Origin: an uncultured archaeon
GTDB taxonomy: Archaea; Thermoproteota; Nitrososphaeria; Nitrososphaerales; Gagatemarchaeaceae
NCBI GenBank assembly: GCA_963817525.1
Contig: CAWFOU010000001.1
Span: 576,001-640,000, forward strand
DNA length: 64,000 bases
Reading direction: 5' to 3'
Within the stretch, counting starts at the first letter, position 1, and every line of letters begins with the position of its first letter. The notes beneath the pieces were generated by a model. It saw only the letters and a list, made by a program, of their open reading frames with translations. It was not told where the DNA came from and did not search any database. The position numbers were made by a program, and so were the translations under genes. Below, in pieces: positions 9,301 to 18,920 of this stretch.

Positions 9301-9739
9301 CAACGGCACGACGCGCTCCCCTAGCCTGACCGTGACCGGGCCTGCGAACGAGACCGCGGTCTTCTACCCGGGTCTAAACATATCCACCGACAGCGACGGC
9401 TCGGTGGCCTATTCCTACGGCACGGTCGGCGGGGTGGTCCCCGCGGGGAGCAACGCCACCATCTACCCGCCTCTCGACAAGAACGTCACCCTGACGGCCA
9501 TGCCCAAGACGGTGGAGATAATGTTCCAAGGTTGGACGGGGGTGCTCAAGGGCTCCCAACTCCAGTCGTCGGTGGCAATAACCACCCCTGGATCGGCGCT
9601 CGCCACGTTCGCTACGGACTATACCGACATCAGAACCTTCACTCTTGCGGCTCTGTTCGTCTTCCTGTTGGCGGCCTACATTCTTGTCATCAGGCGTGGC
9701 TTTGCGCCCAAAGTCCCCAAGATCCCCGGTATCGGCTAG
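6398..9739 (+). CDS. Large Thr/Ser-rich cell-surface protein with Ig/PKD-like and repeated beta-rich domains and a C-terminal TM anchor
   Basis: Signal-like VVFLALFALALLLAAKPALG (true start probably near 6655); recurring ERW and YYxQY motifs; C-terminal TM followed by RRG. Confidence 0.8.
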   Translation: MKPLKTPRNHGEVGTKSCNRPSRTSVARRKGRYTILRRGRRPVAVTKIDWGIQELIQMDGMSFERGPSLRDPVCLFPTRRTHKDLIVVFLALFALALLLAAKPALGATLTVGTPTATLNPVTVGTQTTITAGTVNGGTGPYTYAWMGLPTGCSDSTSASITCTPTSVGAGSFSVTVTATDMAGDAGMSSALTLVVSPATPTLSVVCPTPDVGYTATCTATLSNIAYQPDGTVTFTQTSSGALISSSTFDCMVAPITYSCTTAPVQTKGAGTVTFSVAYTMDPNNSPTQNPVTATLLIAKAASILTANCASSTVVIGTQTTCTATLSGTFSPTGTIAWTFSGMGAFTPNDCTVPPASCSVSFSPATSGTITATYAGDPNNDESFKSFDLAADIGDSITITVANGGPSTVIDLSGCSVSPTTISANGVAWTFQAASGCSALALTLPPAGADARYLSANGTGSLAIPTCTSSPCQPFSATIYYQFQNTYRVTPESPSTWAASGSVPVTGTALGNASARICTITITTGTGAFSCEGWSDYGTQVVMGSLSLSSTQREAASPPAFTDTSAGGTDYDSSYYLQVLEGFQYSLVGGTTAPSAPGISYTALGSPATSPLTGSAASLSIWMDSGTSWNVPQTISGSTATERWYSPVTSGAATGGATISLAYYHQYFVAFGYSVIGGGTVYIPPSEQFQESGNQTTGSQGWADAGSSYSFTNPLSGSTAGERWFSQEATGAVTSAGRINATYYRQYTLTLSFTVTGGGSYDSPVLSSTSFAAPASAQLSAAPTVLWADSGAKWSVTTLLPSSTDTERWITQQTDSGTATSAIVLQLKYYHQYAGLFSYSIKGSGGSPPVPKLNYTEFGSSVLVPLSSSPTVVWPDSGSAWTAQPTIPGEQGERWLSNATALTPVDSGFSADIQYSHQFYVEVGLNTAAGGQVANADQWEYQGNSVILNATSAHQWTFAYWQGGTTYSYNGTTRSPSLTVTGPANETAVFYPGLNISTDSDGSVAYSYGTVGGVVPAGSNATIYPPLDKNVTLTAMPKTVEIMFQGWTGVLKGSQLQSSVAITTPGSALATFATDYTDIRTFTLAALFVFLLAAYILVIRRGFAPKVPKIPGIG

Positions 9740-9741
9740 TC

Positions 9742-10116
9742 CTAGCGCGCTTCCGAGAGCTTCCGGAGGCCCTCGGCCATCGCGGGGTTGGAGGCGTTGT
9801 CGCAGCAGTACGCGAGCAGTCTGAGCTGCCTCCTGACCTCCTCATCCATCTCCCCCCTGAGCTTCGCCAGCTCCGCCTTGCCTTTGTTCGAGATGACGTA
9901 CCTCCTGACCGTCCCGCCCCGGTGGGGAAGCTCGACGATGCGCTCCCCCTTCCTCAGCTCCTCGAGGAGGAAGTAGATGGACCCGGGCCCGGGCTTCCAG
10001 ACCCCTCCGCTCGTCTTGCGGATCTGCTCCTGCAGCTCTGCCCCCGAGAGGGAGGACTCCGAGAAGAGCTGCAGGGAGACGAGCTTCAGCAGCCCCCGCG
10101 GTGCGCTTATCGCCAC
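9742..10116 (-). CDS. PadR family transcriptional regulator
   Basis: SGGVWKPGPGSIYFLLEEL..RRYVISNKGK. Confidence 0.85.
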   Translation of the reverse strand: MAISAPRGLLKLVSLQLFSESSLSGAELQEQIRKTSGGVWKPGPGSIYFLLEELRKGERIVELPHRGGTVRRYVISNKGKAELAKLRGEMDEEVRRQLRLLAYCCDNASNPAMAEGLRKLSEAR

Positions 10117-10152
10117 GGCCCGAGACTCGCCGGGGTTTGCTTATCTAATTAT

Positions 10153-11511
10153 CGTGGAAAACCCTGCGGCTTCGGCCGGGCCGCAAACGAGCGGCGTGGG
10201 ACTTTTAATACGCAATGAGAGTAACCCGCGTTGTAGAATGAGCGTCGCGTTCCGCTTTCGCCTCTATCCGTCATCCAACCAAGAAACAAGGATGCTCCGC
10301 TCGCTTGAGGCATCAAGGAGGCTTTGGAACGACGCCCTAGCGCACAGAAAGGCAAGATGGGAGAACGGGCGCAAGTCAACCTCATACAATCTGCAGGCGT
10401 CGATATTTACATCCGAGCGCGAACAAGATGTGTTGCTCGGCGCCCTCTATTCGCAGACTGGCCAGGACGTGCTCCGCAGGCTTGACAAGGCCTTCAAGTC
10501 TTTCTTCGCGAACCGCTCTGGCTATCCAAAGTTCAAAAAGTTCTGCGAGGCTGGCTCATTCACCTATCCGCAGGCCTATAATGGGTCGGTAAAGCCTGAT
10601 ATCGTAAGAAATAGGCTCTTCCTCTCGAAGATTGGGAACGTGAGGACCGTCTTCCACAGACCTCCCCTGAAGGACTCCCGACTGAAGACCTGCACCGTGG
10701 TGAGGGAGGTCGACGGAAAATGGTTCGCTTCACTTGTCTTCGAGGAGGTCGTGCCGCTGCAAAACCTCCACGCCACGTCGACCGCCGCAAATGCGCCGGT
10801 AGGTATCGACCTCGGCCTCGTTTCTCTCATTACCACTTCAGATGGAAAGAGAGTTCGCCACCCTCGCTTCTTGAAAAGAGCCGAGAAGCGCTTGAAGCAC
10901 CTTCAAAGAAGCCTCTCTCACAAGAAGAAGGATTCCAAGAACCGGTTCAAGACCCGACATCGAGTCGCATCCCAGTATGCGAAGGTCAGACGCCAGCGCC
11001 TGGATTTCAATCATAAGGTCTCTGCTCGATTGGTGAAGGCGTATGATCTCATCGCCTTCGAGGACCTCAAGGTCAAGAACATGGTCAGAAACCACAAGCT
11101 GGCGAAGTCGATAAGCGACGCGGGTTGGGGACAGCTCGTTACACTCACTGAATACAAGGCGCTAAGGAGAGGCTCAAGGGTGGTGCGCGTCCCCGCAGCT
11201 TACTCTACTCAAGAGTGCGCCCATTGTGGCGCACTCAACAAGATCGAGCTCGACGTTAGGGAGTTCGTCTGCATCGGCTGCCGTCGAACCCTCCACAGAG
11301 ACCCAAATGCCGCCCAAGTCGTGCTGAAGCGTGGTCTGGCCATCGCTGGCCTGACTTCGAAGGTAGGGCAGGACATGCCCGAACTCAAGCCCGTGGAGAC
11401 CAGGCCTCTGCTCCTCCAGACAACCGGAGGGGTAAGCCAGGTCAATGAAGCAGGAACCAGAAGCCCGCAAGGGCTGGAAGCCGCGGCCGTTTGGCCGTGC
11501 GCGGATGTCAC
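10153..11511 (+). mobile_element. Non-autonomous IS200/IS605 (IS1341-like) element, tnpB only
   Basis: Left hairpin TGCGGC..GCCGCA (10164-10184); right end GAAGCC..GGCC..GGCC..GATGTCAC ending at 11511; no tnpA; the left boundary is inferred. Confidence 0.6.
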
Positions 11512-11524
11512 ATGCGCTGACTAG
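10238..11524 (+). CDS. tnpB: RNA-guided endonuclease TnpB (IS200/IS605 family)
   Basis: AFRFRLYP N-terminus; RuvC motifs VGIDLG, IAFEDL and HRDPNAA; CAHC/CIGC zinc finger; TTTTAATA about 28 nt before ATG 10238. Confidence 0.92.
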   Translation: MSVAFRFRLYPSSNQETRMLRSLEASRRLWNDALAHRKARWENGRKSTSYNLQASIFTSEREQDVLLGALYSQTGQDVLRRLDKAFKSFFANRSGYPKFKKFCEAGSFTYPQAYNGSVKPDIVRNRLFLSKIGNVRTVFHRPPLKDSRLKTCTVVREVDGKWFASLVFEEVVPLQNLHATSTAANAPVGIDLGLVSLITTSDGKRVRHPRFLKRAEKRLKHLQRSLSHKKKDSKNRFKTRHRVASQYAKVRRQRLDFNHKVSARLVKAYDLIAFEDLKVKNMVRNHKLAKSISDAGWGQLVTLTEYKALRRGSRVVRVPAAYSTQECAHCGALNKIELDVREFVCIGCRRTLHRDPNAAQVVLKRGLAIAGLTSKVGQDMPELKPVETRPLLLQTTGGVSQVNEAGTRSPQGLEAAAVWPCADVTCAD

Positions 11525-11531
11525 GAGGTTC
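11360..11531 (+). ncRNA. Putative TnpB omegaRNA (reRNA) overlapping the tnpB 3' end, with guide after TCAC
   Basis: Established TnpB architecture; low-complexity C-terminal tail and typical right-end motif; 5' boundary approximate. Confidence 0.5.
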
Positions 11532-11542
11532 GCAAACCGGAT

Positions 11543-12508
11543 TTGCCCCACCACTGCATATCACACGTCAAGGATGTCGACGGGGTCTCGTCGGCCGCGC
11601 TCGTGCTCGCGGCAAAGGGGGGGACGTTCAGGCTCACCGACTACGACGACATCCTGAAGGAGGTCGACTCGGTGCCCGCGACTGCGACCAGCGTCACCAT
11701 CTGCGACCTGGGGACGAACGCCTCGAACTTCCCCGATTTCGTGGGGAGGCTCGCGGGGCTCGCCAAGAGGATGCCGGTGACGTACATCGACCACCACTAC
11801 CTCGCCGATGACGCGAGGCAGGAGATCCTCAAGACCGGCGTCGAGCTCCACCACGACGTCGTCGACTGCGCGTCCATGCTGACGTACCTGACCTACAAGG
11901 GGAGCCTGCCAGAGGGCGGCCGGCTGCTTGCCCTCTACGGGGCCGTGACCGATTACATGGACACGAGCCCCAACGCGGGCAAGATGATGGAGACGCAGGA
12001 CAGGCAGTTCGTCCTGCTCGAGTGCACCCTCCTCTCGTACGCCCTCGCCAAGAACGGCCGCGACTACTCCTACGCTGAGATGCTCGTGAACGAGCTAGCG
12101 GCGATGAAGGCCCCGCACGACATCGGCAACGTCGGGCAGGAGGCGCTAGCGCAGGCCGAGGTGGTGAGGATCCTTGCGGAGGAGGTGAGGATCAAGGGCA
12201 CACGGATGGGGAGGCTCGCCTACATGAAGACCTCGGAAAGCGCGACGGGCAACGTGGCGAAGCTCCTGCTCGGGGCCTTCGACGTCCCCGTGGGGGTAGC
12301 CTACAAGGAGAAGGGAGGGGGCAACGCGGAGTTCAGCCTCAGGGGGACCTCGGAGAGCAGGATCCACCTAGGTAGGGAGATCGGGGTGATCGCGCAGAGG
12401 CACGGAGGAAGCGGAGGAGGGCACGAAAGGGCGGCAGGGTGCTCGGTCCCGGTCTCGGAGGTCCAGGGCCTTCTGGCGGACCTGGAATCGCGGCTTGAGA
12501 AGCCCTAG
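11543..12508 (+). CDS. DHH/DHHA1 family phosphoesterase
   Basis: SH.KDVDG, CDLG, IDHH and GGGHERAAG motifs. Confidence 0.88.
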   Translation: MPHHCISHVKDVDGVSSAALVLAAKGGTFRLTDYDDILKEVDSVPATATSVTICDLGTNASNFPDFVGRLAGLAKRMPVTYIDHHYLADDARQEILKTGVELHHDVVDCASMLTYLTYKGSLPEGGRLLALYGAVTDYMDTSPNAGKMMETQDRQFVLLECTLLSYALAKNGRDYSYAEMLVNELAAMKAPHDIGNVGQEALAQAEVVRILAEEVRIKGTRMGRLAYMKTSESATGNVAKLLLGAFDVPVGVAYKEKGGGNAEFSLRGTSESRIHLGREIGVIAQRHGGSGGGHERAAGCSVPVSEVQGLLADLESRLEKP

Positions 12509-13011
12509 GAATGGGAAGGCGGGTCAGAGGCGTCGGCGAGCTTCTTGAAGAGGCCCACAAGATGATCCACCTCGTAAGGCGTTAGGGTGGAGATCGTCCT
12601 CTCGACGAACTGCTTGTGAAGGTCCATACCCTTTTGCAAGACGCGGTCTCCCTTGGGAGTTATCGCGATCAGCACCTCTCTCCGGTCTTCCCGGCTCCTC
12701 ACGCGCTCTACGAGCCCCCTGTCCTCAAGCTTGTCGACTATCCCCGTGATGGACGGCTGGGAGAGCATGGTCTCTTGGCTGAAGAAGTTCATTGGGGTCG
12801 AGCCTTTCTCGCGGAGGATCTTCATGATGCGTACCTCGGCGAGCGTCAGGTCGATGGAGGCAAGGTTCTTTTCGACGCCCCGCTGGAGCCGTTTCCAGCT
12901 GTCAGTAATCGAGCGCCAAAGCTCGAAGTCGTCGACCGGCTTTTCGCTGGTTCCGCCCGAGGCCCCCGCCTCCTTCGCGACCTCGCCCTGCGAAACCAAT
13001 GGCCTCTTCAC
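12505..13011 (-). CDS. MarR family transcriptional regulator
   Basis: [35 protein letters not shown]. Confidence 0.9.
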   Translation of the reverse strand: MKRPLVSQGEVAKEAGASGGTSEKPVDDFELWRSITDSWKRLQRGVEKNLASIDLTLAEVRIMKILREKGSTPMNFFSQETMLSQPSITGIVDKLEDRGLVERVRSREDRREVLIAITPKGDRVLQKGMDLHKQFVERTISTLTPYEVDHLVGLFKKLADASDPPSHS

Positions 13012-14753
13012 TTTTCTCCCGCTGGGCCTGCCGGCGCGGGGGAGTCAGCGGACTTTGCGATCGGTACCACGACCTGGGGCTGCGCCTCCTTGACCGGGGT
13101 AGCGGCCACGGGCTGGACCGGCGCGGTCCTGCGCATCCCGAACCAGGACGAGGCGGCCGCGATGAAGGAGAGCGCCCCTCCTATGTAGAAGGCGTCGTGA
13201 AGCGCAGACATGAAAGCAGGCGCTATGGCGGTGGGGAAGAACGTGTTGCCGAGCAGCAGGCTCTGTGTCGCCGTCGGCAAGGACCCCAGCACCGAGGCCG
13301 GGATGAGCGACCCGACGGGGTTGTAGCCCAGGAACGCCGCGAACAGGGCGGCGGTCGGCGGGAGGCCCTTGAAGGCGGTCGCGAGCTGCGGTGCGCCGGC
13401 GTTCGTCACGGCCGCCGTCAGGGCAGGAGCGAGCCCCGCCCCGAGCGCCACCAGGACTATGGAGAAGAAGATGGCCGTGCTCGCGGTCATGCCCGTGTTC
13501 TGCACGGTGGCCCTCATCCCAGACGCGGCCCCCCTCGTCTGGGGGGGAACGGAGTTCATTATCGCGACCGTGTTCGGGCTGGCGAACAGGCCCCCGCCAA
13601 GTCCCATCACGAAGATTATGACCGCGAACTGCCAGAAGATGAAGTCGTAGGGGAGCAGGGTGAGAAGGAGGAGGCACGTGCCTGAGATGAGCATGCCCCC
13701 CGTGGCAAGGCCTCTGGCTCCCCTTCTGTCGGCCAGGCGACCGCTTATCGGGCCCATGATGACGAAGCCCAAGAGCATCGGGGTGATGTAGAGCCCCGAC
13801 CAGAACGGCGTGGACTGGTAGCTGTAGCCGTGCAGGGGGAGCCAGATCCCTTGGAGCAGGATGATCAGCATGATCTGGGTGCCTCCCCTCCCTATGGAGG
13901 CGAGGAAGGAGGCCAGGTTTCCTGCCCTGAAGGCGGCGACCTTGAAGAGGTCGAGCTTGAACATCGGGTCCTGCACCCGGCCTTCGATGAACACAAAGCC
14001 GAAGAGGAGTGCGGCGCCAGCGACCAGCGAGCTCACGACCCAGGGGTTGCCCCAGCCGAAGTAGGAGGCGCCATACGGCAGCAGCCCGTAGGTCACGCCT
14101 ATCATTATCAGGGTCAGGCCGACCCCGAACGTGATGTTGCCCCAGACGTCGATCTTCTGCTTGCGCTCCGGTTTGGCTACCTCCTTCAGCATGAGGAAGG
14201 CGTACGCGGTGGCGAATATCCCTATCGGGACGTTGACTAGGAAGATCAGCCGCCAGTCGATGGAGGCCAGGACGCCTCCCAGGCTCAGCCCGAGCATCGA
14301 GCCCGCGATGACCGCGACCATGTTGATCCCGAGTGCCTGCCCCCTCTCCTTCACGGGGAAGGCATCGGTGATAATGGCGACGCCGTTGGCGAACAGGAAG
14401 GCTGCGCCCACCCCCATGATTATCCTGAAGACGATCAGCTCGAGCGCGCCCGTGTCCCCCGTGTTAGGGGTGAGATATCCCAGGATCGAGCCTATCGTGA
14501 AGATGGCGAACCCGAGGGTGTACAATTTGACCCTGCCATAGATGTCCGAGAGCCGACCGAAGGTCACCAGGAGGGTGGAGGTCACAACGCTGTATCCAAA
14601 GAGGATCCACAGCAGGTACTGGAAGGAGCTGAGCGGGTCTATCTGGAGGCCCCTGAAGATCGCGGGGAGCGAGATGAGCACTATCGTGCCGTCCAGCGAC
14701 GCCATCAGGACGCCGATGGTAGTGTTGGATAGCGCGATCCACTTGTACTGCAA
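13008..14753 (-). CDS. MFS drug:H+ antiporter (DHA2-like, about 14 TM)
   Basis: [20 protein letters not shown] and GRLADRRG motifs. Confidence 0.9.
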   Translation of the reverse strand: MQYKWIALSNTTIGVLMASLDGTIVLISLPAIFRGLQIDPLSSFQYLLWILFGYSVVTSTLLVTFGRLSDIYGRVKLYTLGFAIFTIGSILGYLTPNTGDTGALELIVFRIIMGVGAAFLFANGVAIITDAFPVKERGQALGINMVAVIAGSMLGLSLGGVLASIDWRLIFLVNVPIGIFATAYAFLMLKEVAKPERKQKIDVWGNITFGVGLTLIMIGVTYGLLPYGASYFGWGNPWVVSSLVAGAALLFGFVFIEGRVQDPMFKLDLFKVAAFRAGNLASFLASIGRGGTQIMLIILLQGIWLPLHGYSYQSTPFWSGLYITPMLLGFVIMGPISGRLADRRGARGLATGGMLISGTCLLLLTLLPYDFIFWQFAVIIFVMGLGGGLFASPNTVAIMNSVPPQTRGAASGMRATVQNTGMTASTAIFFSIVLVALGAGLAPALTAAVTNAGAPQLATAFKGLPPTAALFAAFLGYNPVGSLIPASVLGSLPTATQSLLLGNTFFPTAIAPAFMSALHDAFYIGGALSFIAAASSWFGMRRTAPVQPVAATPVKEAQPQVVVPIAKSADSPAPAGPAGEK

Positions 14754-14837
14754 GGGTAAACAGTTAGGCGCCGATTGATTAGGTTATAAACAATTCGGTC
14801 TCTAATAGTGCGGCGGCCATCGAAAGAGAGCGCTCGC

Positions 14838-15545
14838 TCACGCCGTGCAGCGGACGACGATCGACCCGCCCATCTGCCCCTCTTTCAAGGAGACAGCCCC
14901 GAAGTAGCCCGAGAGGACATTCGTGAGGGACTTGTTGTCCAGGACGAGCCTGTAGGTGTCGTGTAGGGAGCCGAACCTGAGCCCCGGCCGGCCGCCAGTG
15001 AGGAAGCCGATCAGCGGGGGCGCGACCCGGACGTAGGCCCCCACGAGCCTCGCCTTGACCCTCGACGCGGGTTTGCCGAGGTCGCAAAAGGCGAACCGGC
15101 CCCCGGGGCGGATGGCGCCCCGGATCTGCGTGAGCGCGGTCTCGAGGTCTTGGGAGTCCCTCAGCGAGAACCCCGCGACCGCCGCGGCGAAGGCCCCGGG
15201 CCTGAACGGGAGGAACTCGAAGACGCACTGAACCCTGTCGAACCCGGGCGCGTTCGCGAGCATCTTGCGCGAGGCGTCCGCGAGGACGGGCAGCCCTCCT
15301 GCGCGCGCAACGACCCTTGAGAGGGTCCCCGGGCCGGCCCCCAGGTCGAGGACGAGAGCACCCGTCTCCCCATCCACGGCGAACGAGGCGACGTCTTCCC
15401 TCATCGCCTTGTCAGAGAAGAGCGAGATGCGGCTCGAGCCCTTCTCGTAGATCGGGATTATCGCCTCCAGGGAGTCGACGACGCCCTTCCATTGTGAGTG
15501 GAGGCCCGGCCTGTTCGGCTGGTCGTCGCTACTCGAGCCTGTCAA
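14838..15545 (-). CDS. Class I SAM-dependent methyltransferase (UbiE/MenG-like)
   Basis: VLDLGAGPG motif I; LPFRPGAF. Confidence 0.8.
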   Translation of the reverse strand: MTGSSSDDQPNRPGLHSQWKGVVDSLEAIIPIYEKGSSRISLFSDKAMREDVASFAVDGETGALVLDLGAGPGTLSRVVARAGGLPVLADASRKMLANAPGFDRVQCVFEFLPFRPGAFAAAVAGFSLRDSQDLETALTQIRGAIRPGGRFAFCDLGKPASRVKARLVGAYVRVAPPLIGFLTGGRPGLRFGSLHDTYRLVLDNKSLTNVLSGYFGAVSLKEGQMGGSIVVRCTA

Positions 15546-16416
15546 ACCGCTTCATCGCCTTCGAGATGCGCTCCACAACGTCGGAGGCCACGATGTGCAG
15601 CCCGAGCTCGTTCGCTGCCTCGGCTCCCGCGAGCCCGTTGATGTGGGCGGCGCAGCAGGCGGCCTCGAACCTGCCCATGCCCTTCGCCCCGAGGCCGGAG
15701 GTCACCCCCGTGAGGACGTCCCCAGTCCCGCCCACCGTCATCGCGGGAGAGTGGGTGTTGTTGAGGCCCACGCTCTCGCCGTCGCTGACCACGTCCGTCG
15801 GGCCCTTGAGTAGGACGACGACGCCGTGCTCCCCGGCGGCCTTCCTCACTACGGGGACCCTCTCTTCGAGGGCGTCGGGGAGCTTCTGGCCGAAGAGCCT
15901 CTCGAACTCCCTGGCGTGAGGGGTCACAACCATCTTCGCAAGCTGGACCTCTGGCGCCTCGAGGATGTTCGGGCGCAGGGCGTCGGCGTCGACGACCAGA
16001 GACTGGCACTTGGCGGAGAGGGTGGCGAGGGCGGTCTTGAGCTCTTCGGGGTTCTGCGGCCCGAGGCCGGGGCCTATCCCGATGCACCCCAGTTCGGGAA
16101 GCCAGCTGGCCAGGCGCTTGGCGTTCCCCCTGGTGAGCTTGCTGTCCGGAAGCGGGAGCACGATGAGGTCGGGAGAGAGCGACCTTATCGGGGTGGCGAC
16201 CATGCTGGGGACTGCCACGTAGACGAGGTCGACCCCAGTCCGCGCGGCGCCCATGGCGCAGAGGAACGGCGCCCCGTGGTAGGTCCTGCTGCCCCCGACG
16301 ACGCAGACGACCCCGTTCATCCCCTTGTGGGAGTCCCTCCTCCTTGGAGGGAGCTTCGCCCTGACGTAGGCTTCGTCGATTTCGAAGGTGGAGGCGGGAC
16401 CCATGGCGGCTCTCAA
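15529..16416 (-). CDS. nnrD: ADP-dependent NAD(P)H-hydrate dehydratase
   Basis: HKG.NG.V.VVGGS..YHGAP, VVDADAL, TPHAREF and GGTGDVLTG motifs. Confidence 0.9.
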   Translation of the reverse strand: MRAAMGPASTFEIDEAYVRAKLPPRRRDSHKGMNGVVCVVGGSRTYHGAPFLCAMGAARTGVDLVYVAVPSMVATPIRSLSPDLIVLPLPDSKLTRGNAKRLASWLPELGCIGIGPGLGPQNPEELKTALATLSAKCQSLVVDADALRPNILEAPEVQLAKMVVTPHAREFERLFGQKLPDALEERVPVVRKAAGEHGVVVLLKGPTDVVSDGESVGLNNTHSPAMTVGGTGDVLTGVTSGLGAKGMGRFEAACCAAHINGLAGAEAANELGLHIVASDVVERISKAMKRFDRLE

Positions 16417-16426
16417 GCACCCTCTC

Positions 16427-17191
16427 TTAGAAAGTGTACTGCTGCTTCTTCGGCGGCTCGAGGGTGACGAGGGTCTCTATCGGGCAGTTGAGCTTCATCC
16501 GCTCCTTCAGCTTGGGGAGGGAGGCCTCCATGGACGCGATGGTGAATATCCCGACGGGGCGCGCCCTCGCCTTCTCGGCGAGCCTGACGAGGGCGTCCAG
16601 CGTGACCCCTGACCTGATGAGGTCGTCCACTATGAGGACGTGCTCCCCCTTCTTCAGGGAGGTCTTTGGGAGGTAGAGGTACTTGACCGAGTCAGGGGAG
16701 TATACCATCCTCTGCTCGTAGAACTCGTCGGCCGCCAGGTCGCGCTCGGTCTTCGCGATGGCCACGCTCACGTTGAACTCGTCGGCTATCTCCACGGCAA
16801 GCGGGACGCCGTCGACCTCCATGGTGAGCACCTTCTCGACGTGGGAGGGCTCGAACTCGCTGTAGACCACCTTGGCTATCTGCTTGAGGAGGCCCACGTC
16901 GGTGACGACGTGGGTGAGGTCGTAGACCCCCTCTCCAGTCGTCCTGATGTGGTCGGTGACCATCTTCTTCAGGAGCTTCTCCCGGAACACCGCCACGAAC
17001 TTGTCGGAGCGCGCGGGGCTGGGGAGGACGTGGCCCCTCACGTACCTGCTCAGGATGGGCGCGGAGAGGCCTAGGATGGAAGAGAGCTCCTTGTAGCTGT
17101 AGTTCTTCTTGAGGGTCGAGAGGAGCTCGACGGACGATATCCTTGACTTTACCTCGGCGACCCTGCTCAAGGTTCTCCCCTGGTTTCGCAT
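16427..17191 (-). CDS. HTH plus phosphoribosyltransferase (archaeal PurR-like)
   Basis: N-terminal HTH LSRYVRGHVLPS; PRPP loop VLIVDDLIRSG. Confidence 0.82.
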   Translation of the reverse strand: MRNQGRTLSRVAEVKSRISSVELLSTLKKNYSYKELSSILGLSAPILSRYVRGHVLPSPARSDKFVAVFREKLLKKMVTDHIRTTGEGVYDLTHVVTDVGLLKQIAKVVYSEFEPSHVEKVLTMEVDGVPLAVEIADEFNVSVAIAKTERDLAADEFYEQRMVYSPDSVKYLYLPKTSLKKGEHVLIVDDLIRSGVTLDALVRLAEKARARPVGIFTIASMEASLPKLKERMKLNCPIETLVTLEPPKKQQYTF

Positions 17192-17249
17192 CGGTGTAGA
17201 AAAACCTTCGCAATCCTTTAGCCGATTAACACGTTCGTGAACAATCGGC

Positions 17250-18797
17250 CTAGTGTCCCAGCCAGACGCGGACCTGGGTGGGGAGGAAGGCCTTGTCGGG
17301 GTAGAAGATGAAGAACCAGAGGAAGACGCCCGCTAGGAAGATGTACGCGATCTCCCGCGGGAACCATGCCCGGGTCAGGAAGTACGCGGCCCCCATCCCG
17401 AGGGCGGGGACTGCCGAGATGAAGTAGTACGGGTAGGTGATGCGCCCATAGTAGAAGAGGAAGAGGTACCCGAGGAAGACAACGAGCACCCAAAGGAGAG
17501 CCAGACGTGCCAGCTTGAACTCGTTCGCGTCCGCCTCCGACGCCATGGGCGTCGCCCTGCTCTTCCACCAGAGGTAGACGGTGTAGGCCCCCCAGAAGTA
17601 GATGAGCCAGACCTCGAACTGGTTGGTGATGCCGTAGTACCCCACCGATACGTAGGTGTAGCTGCTCGTCGCGGAGGAGACCTTCACGCTGGTGACTAGG
17701 TATCCTATGGGCGAGTAGTAGGTTATCCAGTTCCAGGGGGTGATGGGCGTGTGCAGGACGCTGTCGATCCACCCCTGGCTCGTGGGGGTCATGGTCAGGG
17801 AGGCGCCGTACCTGAGGATGAACTCCGTCTGTCCTATGAAGGTGGTCGCCACGCCCGCGCCGAAGGCGCCGTCGTAGATCTGGAGGCCGACCGCGAAGAC
17901 CAGGGCGACGGTGGCGACGAACTTTGCGGTGGAGACGACGATGTACTTGCGGCTCCCGGGCGCGAAGAAGAGGTGGTAGAGCAGGAGCACCAGGAAGAGG
18001 AAGATGGCGGTCTCCTTGTAGAGGGCCGCGACCCCGATGGATATCCCCGTGAGGGTCATGGTCCCGAACTTCCACCAGTGGACCTTTGCGAAGTAGAACA
18101 GGAAGCCGAGAAGGCCGAAGAAGATGGCGCCGACGTCGATCACCGCGATGCTGGAGTGGACGAAGAAGAGCGTCTCGAACGCGAGGAGGTAGGCCGCGTA
18201 CAGCGCGAGGCGCTGGTTCTTGGTTATCGCCCAGCTCACGCCGAAGATCAACGGGATGCTGAACGTCCCTAGGAGGACCTCGAAGATCCTCCAGCCGATG
18301 GCGTTGTTCCCGAATATCGAGATGCCCGCCGCGATGAAGGCCTTCGAGAGGAACGGGTGCTCAAGGTTGCAGTTGTCGGCGTAGGGGGCGCACTTCTCGC
18401 CCGAGAGCATCGTCTGCGCGGCGGGGACGTAGTAGACCTCGTCCATGATGCAGCCTTGGACCCCCTTCGAGCTGTCGGTGCAGTTGGCCGCGTTCGGCAG
18501 GTTGATGGTGTAGAGGTGCGCGCCGAGGATCCCCAGGACGATCAGTGTCAGGAGGAGGATGGTCTTGCGGTAGGCCGGGTACGAGAGCACGGCATAGGCC
18601 AGCCCGGTCACGACCGAGGTGGAGGAGACCCCCGCGAGGACGATGGTCATCGGGTGGAGGACCCCCGTCGCGACCGAGGTCGGGTAGTAGGCGTGCGCCC
18701 CCACGATCACGAGTTCCAGCAGGAGGTCGACGAAGGCGACCGACGCCAGGAACAGCATGATGAAGCGGAGCGCTAGATAGCGCGGGACGGCGCTCAC
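17250..18797 (-). CDS. Phospholipid-carrier-dependent glycosyltransferase (GT39/PMT-like)
   Basis: MDEVYYV, LEHPFLSK and GWRI motifs; many TM segments. Confidence 0.8.
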   Translation of the reverse strand: MSAVPRYLALRFIMLFLASVAFVDLLLELVIVGAHAYYPTSVATGVLHPMTIVLAGVSSTSVVTGLAYAVLSYPAYRKTILLLTLIVLGILGAHLYTINLPNAANCTDSSKGVQGCIMDEVYYVPAAQTMLSGEKCAPYADNCNLEHPFLSKAFIAAGISIFGNNAIGWRIFEVLLGTFSIPLIFGVSWAITKNQRLALYAAYLLAFETLFFVHSSIAVIDVGAIFFGLLGFLFYFAKVHWWKFGTMTLTGISIGVAALYKETAIFLFLVLLLYHLFFAPGSRKYIVVSTAKFVATVALVFAVGLQIYDGAFGAGVATTFIGQTEFILRYGASLTMTPTSQGWIDSVLHTPITPWNWITYYSPIGYLVTSVKVSSATSSYTYVSVGYYGITNQFEVWLIYFWGAYTVYLWWKSRATPMASEADANEFKLARLALLWVLVVFLGYLFLFYYGRITYPYYFISAVPALGMGAAYFLTRAWFPREIAYIFLAGVFLWFFIFYPDKAFLPTQVRVWLGH

Positions 18798-18920
18798 ACT
18801 CGACTCGCCCGGCGGGACAGATATACGGCTTGCGAGCGATTTCGGGGATTCGCCTGGATGGGGCTCGCGGAGCCGAAATAATTCCTATATACCCTAGCGC
18901 GACTTCACGAACGAAACCAT

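Noticed and set aside
9977-10237. N-terminal extension of TnpB in the ORF track (515 aa)
   Set aside because: It overlaps the PadR gene on the opposite strand; the TATA box and family N-terminus point to ATG 10238
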